Assembly (NCBI GenBank): GCA_044229975.1
Contig: JBGARZ010000002.1
Location: 64,001 to 128,000 of the forward strand
Length of the DNA: 64,000 nt
Origin: Polyangiales bacterium
GTDB lineage: Bacteria > Myxococcota_A > Polyangia > Polyangiales > Ga0077539
Direction of reading: 5' to 3'
Numbering within the stretch: the first letter of the stretch is position 1; each line of letters opens with the position of its first letter. The notes beneath the pieces are model-generated. The model had not been told where the DNA came from and did not search any database. It saw only the letters and a program-made list of their open reading frames with translations. Of this stretch, positions 28,838 to 38,991 are shown piece after piece. The position numbers and the translations under genes were made by a program.

Positions 28838-29572
28838 TTACGGGATCGTGACCGTCGTCCGCGCGTACCACGAACCCGGCGTCGGCACGCGCAGCGCCTG
28901 CACCTCGCGCAGCACGCAATCGGTCATCTCCACGACTTCATGGGAGGCGAGCGCGGCGCCGGCGGCGGCGACGGTCCCGTTGGGGGCGACGTAGAGCGTG
29001 ACCTGCAAGGGGCGCTGATCGCCGTGGCGACAGGTGGCGAGGGCCGTTCGTCGGGTGCGGAGGGCGGTCTCGACGCGCTGGGCGGTCCATGCGGTGGCGG
29101 GTCGACGGTCGGGCCCGCCTTCCATGTCGAGGGCGTAGGTGACCTCGGCCTCGCCGCCGCACGGCGCGTCGAAGTGCAGCGCCGCCGCGGCATCGGTGAG
29201 GCAGCGCTCGGTCGCGCGATCGCCGAGCGTGGAGGTTGTGGGGATGGCCCAGCGGACGGCGCCGTCGTTGCCCACGCGGATGCGCATCTCGACGCGGCCG
29301 GCGAGGCACGGGAGTTCTTCGACGCGGCGGGTGTAGCAGGCCATGAGGGTGGCCTCGGCGTCGCGCATCACACGACGGACGTGCGTGGGCGCGAGCGTCC
29401 CGAGCTGGCCCTCGATGGAGATGCCGTGGTCGTTGCCGCAGCGCGAGGTGGGCGTTGGGGTCGGTGCGACGACGGGGTCGACGGGCGCCGCGACGACCGG
29501 GGTCGTGGGCTGGGCCGGATGGCTGGCGCAGGCGCCGACGAGGAGGAGGGAGAAGACGGCTCTGGGGCTCAT
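28838..29572 (-). CDS. Lipoprotein with two AgmX/PglI C-terminal (TonB-C-like) domains
   Basis: Lipobox LVGAC and Pro/Thr linker. ACY...L.G.V...I.V..DG.V....STLG...TE.CL pattern, repeated in degenerate form. Confidence 0.7.
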   Translation of the reverse strand: MSPRAVFSLLLVGACASHPAQPTTPVVAAPVDPVVAPTPTPTSRCGNDHGISIEGQLGTLAPTHVRRVMRDAEATLMACYTRRVEELPCLAGRVEMRIRVGNDGAVRWAIPTTSTLGDRATERCLTDAAAALHFDAPCGGEAEVTYALDMEGGPDRRPATAWTAQRVETALRTRRTALATCRHGDQRPLQVTLYVAPNGTVAAAGAALASHEVVEMTDCVLREVQALRVPTPGSWYARTTVTIP

Positions 29573-29745
29573 CGGGCGGCGCAGGATGCCAGATGGATCA
29601 GGGGTGTCCAGCGATGGCCGTGGACCCGGAAGAACCTTTGTGATGTCGAGCGCTTCTGTGCCCATCGGTGGAGCGATGCGCGAGTGCAGCCGAGGGGGTG
29701 ACGAGCACCCTCACCGATCGCTGGAGGAGGGGGATGTCGCGCGGC

Positions 29746-30165
29746 CTACGGCGCCGGGGCGGAGGCGTCGGGCGTCCCGAGGACGACGGTCACCTCGATG
29801 TCGAGCGTGCCCTGCACCGAGCCGGGGAAGCGGAGGCGGCGCGAGACGCCGACCACGCAGGAGGCGATGGCGGCGTTGGGGGCGACGAAGGAGGTTCCGC
29901 GGCTGGTCGACGAGGCGACCTGGCCGTTGGCGTCGGTGGCCATGCGCAGCGAGACCGTGCCGTACTGGCCGGTCGGGTTGCACGCGGCGAAGGCGCCGGC
30001 GCTGCGAGCGAAGATGCCGCGGACGATGTTGAGCGCGGGCGACGGCACGACGCGCCAGCTGGAGAACGCCACCGCAGGGCGGGTCGGCGGGGTCTGCGCG
30101 ACGGCGGGCGAGAGCACCGAGAGCGCGCCGAGGGCGAACACGAAGGCGGTCGAGGGGCGGTTCAT
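29746..30165 (-). CDS. Small exported protein, AgmX/PglI C-terminal-like
   Basis: Signal peptide (SPAVA|Q), FAAC...GTVSLRM..DANGQV...IASCV...RLRFP. Confidence 0.55.
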   Translation of the reverse strand: MNRPSTAFVFALGALSVLSPAVAQTPPTRPAVAFSSWRVVPSPALNIVRGIFARSAGAFAACNPTGQYGTVSLRMATDANGQVASSTSRGTSFVAPNAAIASCVVGVSRRLRFPGSVQGTLDIEVTVVLGTPDASAPAP

Positions 30166-30222
30166 GGCCGGGGAGGAAACCACCGTTGACCCGTGCGGAT
30201 CAACCACCGCGCCGAGCGATCG

Positions 30223-33200
30223 TCAGTGGAAGTCGTGCGACGCGGGGAGCAGCGCGTCGTCGTCGTCGGTGATCGTGAAGGGTTCTGCGCGGATGGCCTT
30301 CACGTTGGTCACGCCGTCCTGCCGCTCGACGACGCCGTAGATCCGCATCGCCATCGCGGTGGCGAGCAGCGCGCGCTGCGCCTCGTAGAGCGGCGGCGCC
30401 ACGATGACGTTGGCCACGCCGAACTCGTCCTCCAGGGAGATGAAGAAGAAGCCCTTGGCGGCGTGCGGGCGCTGTCGGGTGATGACGACGCCGGCCACGA
30501 CGGCGGGGGTCCCGTGTGGGGCGCGGGCGACGTCGCGGGTGGAGAGCAGGCCCTCGGTGCGCAGCGCGTCGCGGACGAAGCTCATGGGGTGCGGGCCGAC
30601 GGTCATCCCGCTGCGCGCGAGGTCGGCGGCGACGCGCTCGGGCATGGTCATGGGGTAGCCCGGCGTGTCGTCGCGCGGGGCGGCGGCGCGGTCGAAGATG
30701 CCGCGGGGCATGGCCTCCAGCGCCTGCACCTGCCACAGGGCCTCGCGGCGCTGCCACGGGCGCGACGGGTCGGTGAAGCGCAGGGCGCCGAGCTCGGCGA
30801 GTGCTTCGAGCTCCGATCGCTCGGGCGACGTGCGGCGGCGGAAGTCCTCCAGCGAGGTGAAGGGCGACGCGGCGCGCGCGGCCTCGATGGAGCGCGCGGT
30901 GGCCTCGCGCAGACCGCCGACGTAGCGCAGGCCGAGGCGCATCCACTGGTCGGCGGGGATGCCTTCGCGGGCGCACTCCCAGCGCGAGTGGGTGACGTCG
31001 ATGGGGAGCACGCGGACGCCGTGGCGCTGCGCGTCGCGCACGAGGACGGCGGGGTGATAGAAGCCCATGGGCCAGTGGTTGAGCATCGCGGTGACGTAGG
31101 TCGCCGGGTAGTGCGCGCGGAAGAACGCGCTCGCGTAGGCCAGCAGGGCGAAGCTCGCGCTGTGCGACTCGGGGAAGCCGTACTCCGCGAAGGACTTGAT
31201 GCCTTTGACGATCTGCTCCTGCGCCTCGGGTTTGTAGTTCTTCGCGGTCATGCCCTCGCGCAGGCGCTTCTCGATGCGCGCCATCTTCTCGGCGCTGCGC
31301 TTCGATCCCATGGCGCGGCGCAGCTCTTCGGCCTCGCCACCGGAGAAGCCCGCCGCGATCATCGAGATGGACATGAGCTGCTCCTGGAAGATCGCGACGC
31401 CCATCGTTCGCTTCAGGATCGGCTCCAGCTCATCGTGCGGATAGGTGACCTTCTCTCGTCCTCGCCGACGGTTGATGAAGGGGTGAATCATCCCGCCGAC
31501 GATCGGCCCCGGCCGCACGATCGCGATCTGGATCGTGAGGTCGTAGAAGTTCTTCGGGCACAGGCGCGGCAGCGTCGCCATCTGCGCGCGCGACTCGATC
31601 TGGAAGAGCCCGACGGTGTCCGCGGCCTGCATCATCGCGTAGCTCTTCGGGTCGTTTTCGGGGAGGTCGTAGAGGCCGTGCTCCTTGCCGTCGACGGTCT
31701 TCACCGTCGCCATGACCTCCTCCAACACCGCCATCATCCCGAGGCCCAGCAGGTCGATCTTCAGGATGCCCAGTCCCTCAAGATCCTCCTTGTCCCATTG
31801 AACGATCCGCCGGTCGTCCATCGACGCCGGCTCGATGGGAACCACATGGTCGAGCCGCCCGCTCGCGATGACGATGCCGCCCGAGTGCTGCCCGAGGTGA
31901 CGCGGCAGGTTCTGCATCTGGTGACCGAGCTCCAGCCAGAGCCGCACGCTCCCGTCCGTCGGGTCGAGGCCCGCGTCACGTAGTCGATCGGTGAGCGTCT
32001 CGGGCGACGCGCCGTAGACGTGGTGTAGTTGCCTCGCGACCTTGCCGAGCAGCTCGTCAGGCATGCCGAGCGCTCGACCAACTTCGCGGATCGCGCTGCG
32101 CCCGCGGTAGGTGATGGTGTTGGCGGTCATCGCCGCGTGCCGCGCCCCGTACTTCTCGAAGACGTACTGGATCGCCTTCTCGCGCTTGTCGCCGCTGGGC
32201 AGGTCGAGGTCGATGTCGGGCCAGTCGCCGCGCTCCTTCGAGAGAAAGCGCTCGAAGAGCAGGTTGATGGTTCCGGGTTGGATGGCGGTGATGCCGAGGC
32301 AGAAGCACACCACGCTGTTGGCCGCCGACCCCCTGCCCTGCACCAGGATGTCGCTCGCGCGGCAGAATTTGATGATGTCGTGGACGATGAGGAAGTACCC
32401 AGGGAAGCCGAGCTCTTTGATGAGCGCGAGCTCCTTCTCGATCTGCGGGAGCCACTCGTCGTAGGTGCCCTTCAATCGCTCGCGCGCACCGGTGAGGGTG
32501 AGCTCGCGGAGCATCCGGTTCTCCGCGTCAACGTCGCCGCCGGTGAACGAGGGCAGCGAGTATCTGAGGTCCTTCAGCGTGAACGCGCAGCGCGCGGCGA
32601 GCGCCTGGGCGTTGAGCAGCGCCTCAGGCAGATCATCGAAGCGTTCTTTCTGCACCATCTCCGGTTGCAGGTGCCAGCCGTGGTGCGGGAGCAGTTTCTT
32701 CCCTGCGCGCTCGACCGTCGTGCGCTCGCGGATGCACGCGAACACGTCGTGCAGCCGCGCGTCCCCCTCGACGGCGTAGCGGACGTCGCCCGTCGCGACG
32801 GTCGCGATACGCAGGTGGCGCGCGAGGTCGACGAGCCGTTGGGTGCGACGCTCCTCGGGTCGGTGGTCGTGGCGCGTGAGCTCGACGTAGGTGTCGCCGC
32901 GCCCGAAGACGCCGACGATCGTCGTGGCCCACTGGAGGACGGCGTCGCGGTCGAAGCGGCGGAGGGCGAGCCGTGAGAGAGGAGGATCAGCGGCGGTGAG
33001 CACCGCCAGGAGGTCGCCGCGGTGAAGGGCGAGCTCTTCGGGCGTGACGGAGGCGTAGCCCTCGCGCGCCTCCTCCTTGGTGACGCGCGACTTGGCGATC
33101 GTCACCAAAGCGCAGAGGTTCTGGTAGCCGAGGCGTGAGGTGACGAGGAGCGCCAGGCGGCCGTCGGGTGGTTTGTCGCGGAGCTTCTTCTGGCGGTCGT

Positions 33201-33432
33201 CGTCGCGGGGCCAGCGCACCGCGAGGTTGACGCCGAAGATGGGGCGGAAGGTCTTCTCGTCGTGCTTGCTGGCCTCGGCCTGGAAGCGCGCCGCCCCGCT
33301 CACTCCGTCGCGGTCGATGAGCGCGAGTGAGGGAATGCCCAGCTCCACCGCGCGCGTAACGAGCGCCTCGGGTGAAGACGACCCGCGCAGGAAGCTGAAC
33401 GCGCTGATGGCGTGGAGTTCGGGCAGCGGCAC
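30223..33432 (-). CDS. dnaE2: Error-prone DNA polymerase III alpha paralog
   Basis: PHP N-terminus ELHAISAFSFLRG, GRGSAANS, catalytic PDIDLD, PRHLGQHSGG, YGFPESH, and the DnaE2-typical C-terminal SHDFH. Confidence 0.96.
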   Translation of the reverse strand: MPLPELHAISAFSFLRGSSSPEALVTRAVELGIPSLALIDRDGVSGAARFQAEASKHDEKTFRPIFGVNLAVRWPRDDDRQKKLRDKPPDGRLALLVTSRLGYQNLCALVTIAKSRVTKEEAREGYASVTPEELALHRGDLLAVLTAADPPLSRLALRRFDRDAVLQWATTIVGVFGRGDTYVELTRHDHRPEERRTQRLVDLARHLRIATVATGDVRYAVEGDARLHDVFACIRERTTVERAGKKLLPHHGWHLQPEMVQKERFDDLPEALLNAQALAARCAFTLKDLRYSLPSFTGGDVDAENRMLRELTLTGARERLKGTYDEWLPQIEKELALIKELGFPGYFLIVHDIIKFCRASDILVQGRGSAANSVVCFCLGITAIQPGTINLLFERFLSKERGDWPDIDLDLPSGDKREKAIQYVFEKYGARHAAMTANTITYRGRSAIREVGRALGMPDELLGKVARQLHHVYGASPETLTDRLRDAGLDPTDGSVRLWLELGHQMQNLPRHLGQHSGGIVIASGRLDHVVPIEPASMDDRRIVQWDKEDLEGLGILKIDLLGLGMMAVLEEVMATVKTVDGKEHGLYDLPENDPKSYAMMQAADTVGLFQIESRAQMATLPRLCPKNFYDLTIQIAIVRPGPIVGGMIHPFINRRRGREKVTYPHDELEPILKRTMGVAIFQEQLMSISMIAAGFSGGEAEELRRAMGSKRSAEKMARIEKRLREGMTAKNYKPEAQEQIVKGIKSFAEYGFPESHSASFALLAYASAFFRAHYPATYVTAMLNHWPMGFYHPAVLVRDAQRHGVRVLPIDVTHSRWECAREGIPADQWMRLGLRYVGGLREATARSIEAARAASPFTSLEDFRRRTSPERSELEALAELGALRFTDPSRPWQRREALWQVQALEAMPRGIFDRAAAPRDDTPGYPMTMPERVAADLARSGMTVGPHPMSFVRDALRTEGLLSTRDVARAPHGTPAVVAGVVITRQRPHAAKGFFFISLEDEFGVANVIVAPPLYEAQRALLATAMAMRIYGVVERQDGVTNVKAIRAEPFTITDDDDALLPASHDFH

Positions 33433-33444
33433 CGCCCGACGGTA

Positions 33445-33460
33445 CGGAACATCCGATCAG
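33445..33460. promoter_or_regulatory. LexA (SOS) box of dnaE2
   Basis: CGGAAC-ATCC-GATCAG, 12 bp upstream of the GTG and abutting a TACCGT -10 element. 13/16 identical to the imuA box. Confidence 0.7.
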
Positions 33461-33492
33461 TCCCGCAAGCGGTCCCGAGACGTCGGGGACAT

Positions 33493-36400
33493 CTACACGT
33501 TGATGAGGTCGAAGAGCTTGTCCGCCAGCGGGCGGTTCAACACCTTCAGGCTCTTGTAGACGTCCTGCGCGCTGTTCCAGTCGCCCGACCGGTACAGGCA
33601 CTCGCCCAGGTCGAACTGCAACTGCGCGTCGTTGGGCGTCTGCCGCGACGCCCGCCGCAGCGGGTCGACCGCCTCCTTGAAGCGCCCGGTCTTCTTGTAC
33701 GCGAGCCCGAGGCCGCGGTGCGCCGACGGCGCGTCGGGCGACGATTGCAGCACCCGCCGAAACGCCTTGATCGAGTCCTCGTCGCGACCGAGCTGACCCA
33801 TCAACAGCGCCGCCGCGAGGTGCGAGTCCACGTCGTCGGGCTTCAAGCGAATGGCGTTCTGGTACGCCTCTACGGCGTCTTGCAGCCGCCCGCTCTCGGC
33901 CAGCATGTACCCGAGGCCCGCCTGGAGCGTCGGGTCGCGCGGGTCGAGGCGCGCCGCGTTTTCCACGTGCGCGAGGGCGTCCTCCCCTTGGCCCTTCTGC
34001 CGCAGCGCGAGGCCCAGCGAGTAGTGCGCGTGCGCCATGTCGGGCTTCAACCTCACGGCCTCCCGCAGCGCCTCCACCGCCTCGTCGGGCTTCTCGACGT
34101 ACATGCTCAGCACGCCGAGCTTCTGGTGCGCCTCGGCCGACTGCGGGCGCAGCCGGACCGCCCGCTTGCACGCGTCCGCCGCGTCCAGCCATCGCCCCAT
34201 GCGCTCGTAGGTGAGCGCGAGGTTCCACAGCGCGTCGGCGTGGTCGGGGCGGTACCGCACGGCCTGCCGCAGCGACTCCGACGCGTCCTCCATGCGACCG
34301 AGCTCGGCGTAGCTGCGCGCGATGCCCAGCAGCGCGTCGATGAGGTCGGCCTTGATGCCGAGCGCGCACTCAAACGCCGTCACCGCGTCGGAGTGATGAC
34401 CCGCGTTTCCATAGAGGTTGCCGAGCGCCGTCCACGCGTCGGAATGATTGCGGTCGAGGTCGATGCACGCGCGAAACGCCTCGCCCGCCTCGGGGTAGCG
34501 ACCGACGTCGCGCAGCACCTCGCCGAGCGCGAAGCGCAGCGGAGCCTCGCGGGGCAGCAGCTCCACCGCGTGCTGGAGGGCGGCCTCGGCCTCGGGCAAG
34601 CGATCGAGCTGCTTGCTCGCGAGCGCCAGCAGTCGGTACGAGTCCGCGTGGTCGGGGTTGATGCGGATGGCCTCGCGCAAGGGAGGCAGCGCCGCCTCGT
34701 AGCGGCCGAGCGCCACCGAGACCGCACCGTAGCCGCGGTGGGCCGCGCCGTCGTGCGCGTCGAGGGCGAGCGCGCGCTGGAAGATCTCGGCGGCCTCGGC
34801 GTTCATCCCGGCGGCCTGGTAGGTCTCGCCGAGGACGCGGTACGCGAGCGCCTGGCGCGGGTCGAGGCGGATGGCCTGCCCCAGCGAGTCGACGGCCTCC
34901 TGTCCGCGACCGAGCTTCGCGTAGAGAACTCCCAGCTCAAGATGGGCGCGCGCGTCGTTGGGCCGCAGTCGTAGCGCCTGGCGGAAGCGCTCGATGGCCT
35001 CCTGGTCGCGTCCGAGGTCACGCGCCACGGCGCCGAGCGAGACATACGCGTCGGGGCTGTCGGGCCGCAGCCGCGCGAGCTGCCGGTACGCTGCCGCGGC
35101 CTCCTGGGGCATCTCCAGCGCGCGGTAGGTGTTGCCGAGCGCGTCGTAGGCCTCGGCGAAGTCGGTCTGGATGACCGTGGCCTGGCGGAAGTTTTCGACG
35201 GCCGCGCGGCGGTCGCCGAGGCGCTCGCGCATGAGGCCGAGGTGGTAGTGCGCTTCGGCGTATTCGGGCTTCTGCTCGACGGCCTGACGGAAGTACCCGA
35301 GGGCTTCTTCCCAGCGCTGGCCGCGCTCCAACGCGAGGCCGAGGAAGTAGAGCCCCTGCGGCTCTTCGGGCTTGCGGTCGACGGCCTTGCGGAGGCTCTC
35401 CAGCGCTTCGTCACCGCGGCCGAGGCGCTCCAGCGCGATGCCGTGGTTGCGCTGCGAGTCCATGTCGTTGGGGTCGAGCCAGACGGCCTGCTCGAACGCA
35501 TCGACCGCGTCCTGGTAGCGCTCGATCTCCAGGAACACCGACCCCAGCGCCGCGTGCAGCACGGGGTTGTTGGGCTGGAGCTTCACGCCTTGCTGGAAGG
35601 CCTTGATGGCCTCGTCGGGGCGGTCGATGCGGCGGTAGGCGACGCCGAGGTTGTAGTGCCCGTCGGGGTGATCGGGCTTCACCTTCACGGCGCGCAGGAG
35701 ACCTTCGATGGCCTCGTCTTTTCGATCGAGCGAGAGCAGCGCGGCGCCGAGTCGATGGAGCGTCTCGGGGTGGTCCTTGCGGAGGGTGAGCGCGCTCTTG
35801 AACTGGTCGACGCCGTCCTGGTAGCGCGTCGTGGTGACGTAGGTGACGCCGAGCTGAACGATCGCGTCGAAGTAGTCGCCGCGCAGCTTGATGGCCTCGC
35901 GGAAGGCCTCGACGGCTTCGACCTGTCGGCTGAGACCGGCGTAGACCTTGGCGAGCTCGAAGTGCGACTCGGGGTAGTCGGGCCGCAGCTTGATGGCCTT
36001 GCGAAAGGCCTCGATGGCGGCGTCGGGCTTGTCGATGGCAGCGCAGACCTCGCCGAGCGCGTGCAGCGAGTCCGGGTGGTTGGTGCGCAGCCGCGTCGAC
36101 TGGCGCAGCGACTCCTCGGCCTGGATGAGGTTGCCCAGCGCGCGCTCGTGCAGGCCCAGCGTGTAGTGGAACTCCGCCTCTTCCGGTTGCAGCCGGATGG
36201 CGTCGCGCACCGCCTTGGCCGCTTCGGGGATGCGCCCGAGGTCTTTGTAGACGATGCCCAGGTGGTTGTAGCCGGGGGCGCAGTTGGGATCGATGTGGAC
36301 GGCCTGTTCGAGGGCCTCGACGGCCTCCTGCATGGAGCCGACGGCGGCGCACGACACGCCGAGGCCGACGCGCAGGAGCGGCTGGTCGGGGGCGCGCTTG

Positions 36401-37269
36401 ATGGCCTCGCGGAAGGCGCTCACGGCGTCGGAGTGTTTGCCGAGCGCCTGCGCGGCGTAGGCGACGCCGGCGTGTCCCTCGACGCGCTCGGGGGCGACGC
36501 GGACGACCTCGTGAAACGACCCGAGGGCGAGCTCGTGGCGCCCGAGGCGGGCGGCGAGGTTGGCGGCGGCGAGGTGCGCTTCGAGGCGGTTGGGATCGGC
36601 CGCGACGCAGGTGCGCCACGTCGCGAGGGCGTCGTCGACCCGGTTGGTGTTTTCGAGGGAGACGCCGAGGCGGAAGAGGTCGTCGGGGGTGGCGGGCTCG
36701 ATCTTCGAGAGGTGGTCGAAGGTCTTGACGGCGTCGTTGTCGCGCTTGGCGCCGTGGTAGGCCCACGCGAGGTTGCGGATGATCTCGGCCTCGCCGGGGC
36801 GCAGCTCGTTGGCGCGTTCGAGGTAGGGGATGGCCTCGGCGAAGGCGCGGGCGCGGACGTAGACGAAGCCCACCTCGGAGACCGCGGCGGCGTAGTCGGG
36901 CTTGACCTTGAGGGCCTGGCGAAACGACGCGCTGGAGTCGTCCCACTGCGCGAGCTTCGCCTGCACCTGACCGAGGCGGTACCAGCTCTCGGCGTGCTCG
37001 GGCTTGAGGCGTGCGCCCTCCTTGAGCGCCGGGGCGGCGGCGGCGAAGTCCTCCTTGGCCATGTGGTCGAGGCCGAGGTTGAAGTGCCCGTCAGCGAGGT
37101 TGGGGTCGATGGCGATGACCCGCTTGTGGGCGACGATGGCCTCGTCGAGGCGCCCCGCCTGGCGGTAGAGGTTGCCCAGCCGGTTGCGCTGAAACGGGTC
37201 GTTGGGACGGATCATCAACGCCGTCTTGGCCTGCTCGATCTGCTCCGCCAACCGCTGCTGCTCGCTCAT
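33493..37269 (-). CDS. All-TPR protein (about 1258 aa, canonical 34-aa repeats)
   Basis: Regular A...LG..Y....R..EA...F..A..L.PD repeats throughout. Start at MSEQQR. Confidence 0.88.
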   Translation of the reverse strand: MSEQQRLAEQIEQAKTALMIRPNDPFQRNRLGNLYRQAGRLDEAIVAHKRVIAIDPNLADGHFNLGLDHMAKEDFAAAAPALKEGARLKPEHAESWYRLGQVQAKLAQWDDSSASFRQALKVKPDYAAAVSEVGFVYVRARAFAEAIPYLERANELRPGEAEIIRNLAWAYHGAKRDNDAVKTFDHLSKIEPATPDDLFRLGVSLENTNRVDDALATWRTCVAADPNRLEAHLAAANLAARLGRHELALGSFHEVVRVAPERVEGHAGVAYAAQALGKHSDAVSAFREAIKRAPDQPLLRVGLGVSCAAVGSMQEAVEALEQAVHIDPNCAPGYNHLGIVYKDLGRIPEAAKAVRDAIRLQPEEAEFHYTLGLHERALGNLIQAEESLRQSTRLRTNHPDSLHALGEVCAAIDKPDAAIEAFRKAIKLRPDYPESHFELAKVYAGLSRQVEAVEAFREAIKLRGDYFDAIVQLGVTYVTTTRYQDGVDQFKSALTLRKDHPETLHRLGAALLSLDRKDEAIEGLLRAVKVKPDHPDGHYNLGVAYRRIDRPDEAIKAFQQGVKLQPNNPVLHAALGSVFLEIERYQDAVDAFEQAVWLDPNDMDSQRNHGIALERLGRGDEALESLRKAVDRKPEEPQGLYFLGLALERGQRWEEALGYFRQAVEQKPEYAEAHYHLGLMRERLGDRRAAVENFRQATVIQTDFAEAYDALGNTYRALEMPQEAAAAYRQLARLRPDSPDAYVSLGAVARDLGRDQEAIERFRQALRLRPNDARAHLELGVLYAKLGRGQEAVDSLGQAIRLDPRQALAYRVLGETYQAAGMNAEAAEIFQRALALDAHDGAAHRGYGAVSVALGRYEAALPPLREAIRINPDHADSYRLLALASKQLDRLPEAEAALQHAVELLPREAPLRFALGEVLRDVGRYPEAGEAFRACIDLDRNHSDAWTALGNLYGNAGHHSDAVTAFECALGIKADLIDALLGIARSYAELGRMEDASESLRQAVRYRPDHADALWNLALTYERMGRWLDAADACKRAVRLRPQSAEAHQKLGVLSMYVEKPDEAVEALREAVRLKPDMAHAHYSLGLALRQKGQGEDALAHVENAARLDPRDPTLQAGLGYMLAESGRLQDAVEAYQNAIRLKPDDVDSHLAAALLMGQLGRDEDSIKAFRRVLQSSPDAPSAHRGLGLAYKKTGRFKEAVDPLRRASRQTPNDAQLQFDLGECLYRSGDWNSAQDVYKSLKVLNRPLADKLFDLINV

Positions 37270-37361
37270 CGATCCCCTCGGGAAACGGGTGTTCCGCTCG
37301 TCACGCGGCGCGATGATCGCCAGTGCGCCCGCTCCTGTCCATTCCGACGTGCGCCCGACGG

Positions 37362-38198
37362 TCAGCGCCGCGCAAAGGCCCGCTGCGCGGCGTCGTCGAC
37401 GAGCTCGCCCGCCGGGGTCGACGCGATCACTGCGGGGGCGTAGCCGCTCTCGACGGCGAGGATGTCGACGGCGGTCCCTGTCACGCGGAGACGGAGGCGC
37501 CACGCGCGCCAAGCGATGTGCCGGTCGCCGTCGGGGAGCGCCTCGATGCGGCGGTAGGGGTGCGGCGTGGCGTCGCGGCGCAGGACGTCTTCGAGGGGCG
37601 CGAGGTCGACGGCGTGATCGGTCCAGAGCCAGTCGCGCTGCTCGGCGGCGAGCGGTGACCATGTGACGGTGTTGGGGAAGGCGCTGCCGTCACGCTCGGC
37701 GCGGACGAGGTCGTCGATCCATCCGGCGCGCGCGTCAGGGTGGGCTTCGACGCTGGGGTGGTAGGGCTTGAGATCAAGCACGGGCGTGCCGTCGAGCAGG
37801 TCGACGTCGGCGACGCGGAGGGTGAGGCCGCGCACGTCGAGCAGGCGAACAAGCGAGAGACCGAGCGGATTGGGACGATGGGGCGAGCGCGTGGCGAAGA
37901 CGCCGCGGCGCACGCGCGGGCCGCGTGGAGGCAGCACCATCGGGCGCCAGTTGCGGGCGCGGTCGAACCACGTGATGAGCCAGAGGCGGTCCATGCCGGC
38001 GAGGTCGCGCAGGGCCTCGCGGATGCCGGGCGCGGGGTGGAGCTCGACGAGGGCCTCGCGCTCGGCGGGCGCGGCGCCGGGCTGACGCGGGGTGCGCGCG
38101 AGGTGATCGTGGGCGGAGCGCACGACGCCGATGGGGCGCAGGGTGATGGGGACATCGGTCATCGGGCGGGTGTTGGCCGTGGGCACGATCGCGGTCAT
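37362..38198 (-). CDS. trmO: tRNA (t6A37-N6)-methyltransferase TrmO/TsaA
   Basis: PIGVVRS, TPRQP, GVFATRSPHRPNPLGLS, DLLDGTPVLDLKPY. Alternative start 38162. Confidence 0.93.
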   Translation of the reverse strand: MTAIVPTANTRPMTDVPITLRPIGVVRSAHDHLARTPRQPGAAPAEREALVELHPAPGIREALRDLAGMDRLWLITWFDRARNWRPMVLPPRGPRVRRGVFATRSPHRPNPLGLSLVRLLDVRGLTLRVADVDLLDGTPVLDLKPYHPSVEAHPDARAGWIDDLVRAERDGSAFPNTVTWSPLAAEQRDWLWTDHAVDLAPLEDVLRRDATPHPYRRIEALPDGDRHIAWRAWRLRLRVTGTAVDILAVESGYAPAVIASTPAGELVDDAAQRAFARR

Positions 38199-38268
38199 GC
38201 GCGCTTCGGTCGTGGGCGCCGAGACTATGTCTTCTCCGTGATCCTTCGGGTAGGTTCGCTCGCACCCG

Positions 38269-38982
38269 ATGATGAACCCTCCCAACGGTCCCCTTCCTTC
38301 CTCGACTCCTTCCGCCAGCAGCGCCCTCCTCACCGCCGCCCTCGGCGGGCTGCTCTGCTTCACCGCCTCGTGCAGCTCCCAGGCGATCGCTCCCGCGTCG
38401 GACTCGGGTGCAGGCGCCGATACGGGCGCCAGTGTCGATGGCGGCACGGTGGTCGACACGGGCACCGGGCGCGACGCGGGTACTGCGACCGATACGCCAG
38501 TGACGTCGACGGATGTCGTTGTGGCGACCGACACGCCCGTCACCGCGACCGACACGCCCGTCACCGCGACGGACGTCGTCGCTGCCACCGACACGCCCGT
38601 CACCTCGACTGACACGCCGGTCGCCACCGATACGCCCGTCACTCCGACCGACGCCGGCTCCGCGATCGACGCGACGACCGCCGCTGACGCGACCACCGCG
38701 CCCGATGTGCAGCCTGATGTTCCGCTCATCGTGCGCGACGCGGGCTGTGACGTCGCGGCCGATCGGGTGGTCGCCTCCCGCGACGCGGGCATCGGCGGCA
38801 TGAGCCTCACGGTCTTCGTCGCGCGCTGCAACGCGGCGGGCGGCTTCGTGGAGATTCACCCCCACTGCGGCGGCGCCAATTCCTGCGCGGGCTTCTCCTA
38901 CGACCAGACGACGGACACCTTCTCCGAGCACAACTGCGCGACCCTCAACACCTGCACCGGCTACACCTGCGTTCTTCCCTGA
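38269..38982 (+). CDS. Secreted/lipoprotein with Thr-Asp-Pro-Val stalk and Cys/His-rich C-terminal domain; candidate MNIO substrate
   Basis: Hydrophobic ALLTAALGGLLCFTASC leader, TDTPV repeats, C-terminal HPHCGGANSCAGFS...EHNCATLNTCTGYTC. Confidence 0.75.
   Translation: MMNPPNGPLPSSTPSASSALLTAALGGLLCFTASCSSQAIAPASDSGAGADTGASVDGGTVVDTGTGRDAGTATDTPVTSTDVVVATDTPVTATDTPVTATDVVAATDTPVTSTDTPVATDTPVTPTDAGSAIDATTAADATTAPDVQPDVPLIVRDAGCDVAADRVVASRDAGIGGMSLTVFVARCNAAGGFVEIHPHCGGANSCAGFSYDQTTDTFSEHNCATLNTCTGYTCVLP
38488..38643 (+). repeat. Coding tandem repeat (TDTPV(T) x6, mostly 21-nt units)
   Basis: GCGACCGACACGCCCGTCACC exact tandem at 38524-38565, with degenerate copies on both sides. Confidence 0.9.
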
Positions 38983-38991
38983 CGAGCCCGA

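Noticed and set aside
38488..38643. Short repeats as a possible CRISPR array
   Set aside because: In-frame coding repeats without unique spacers, and no cas genes.
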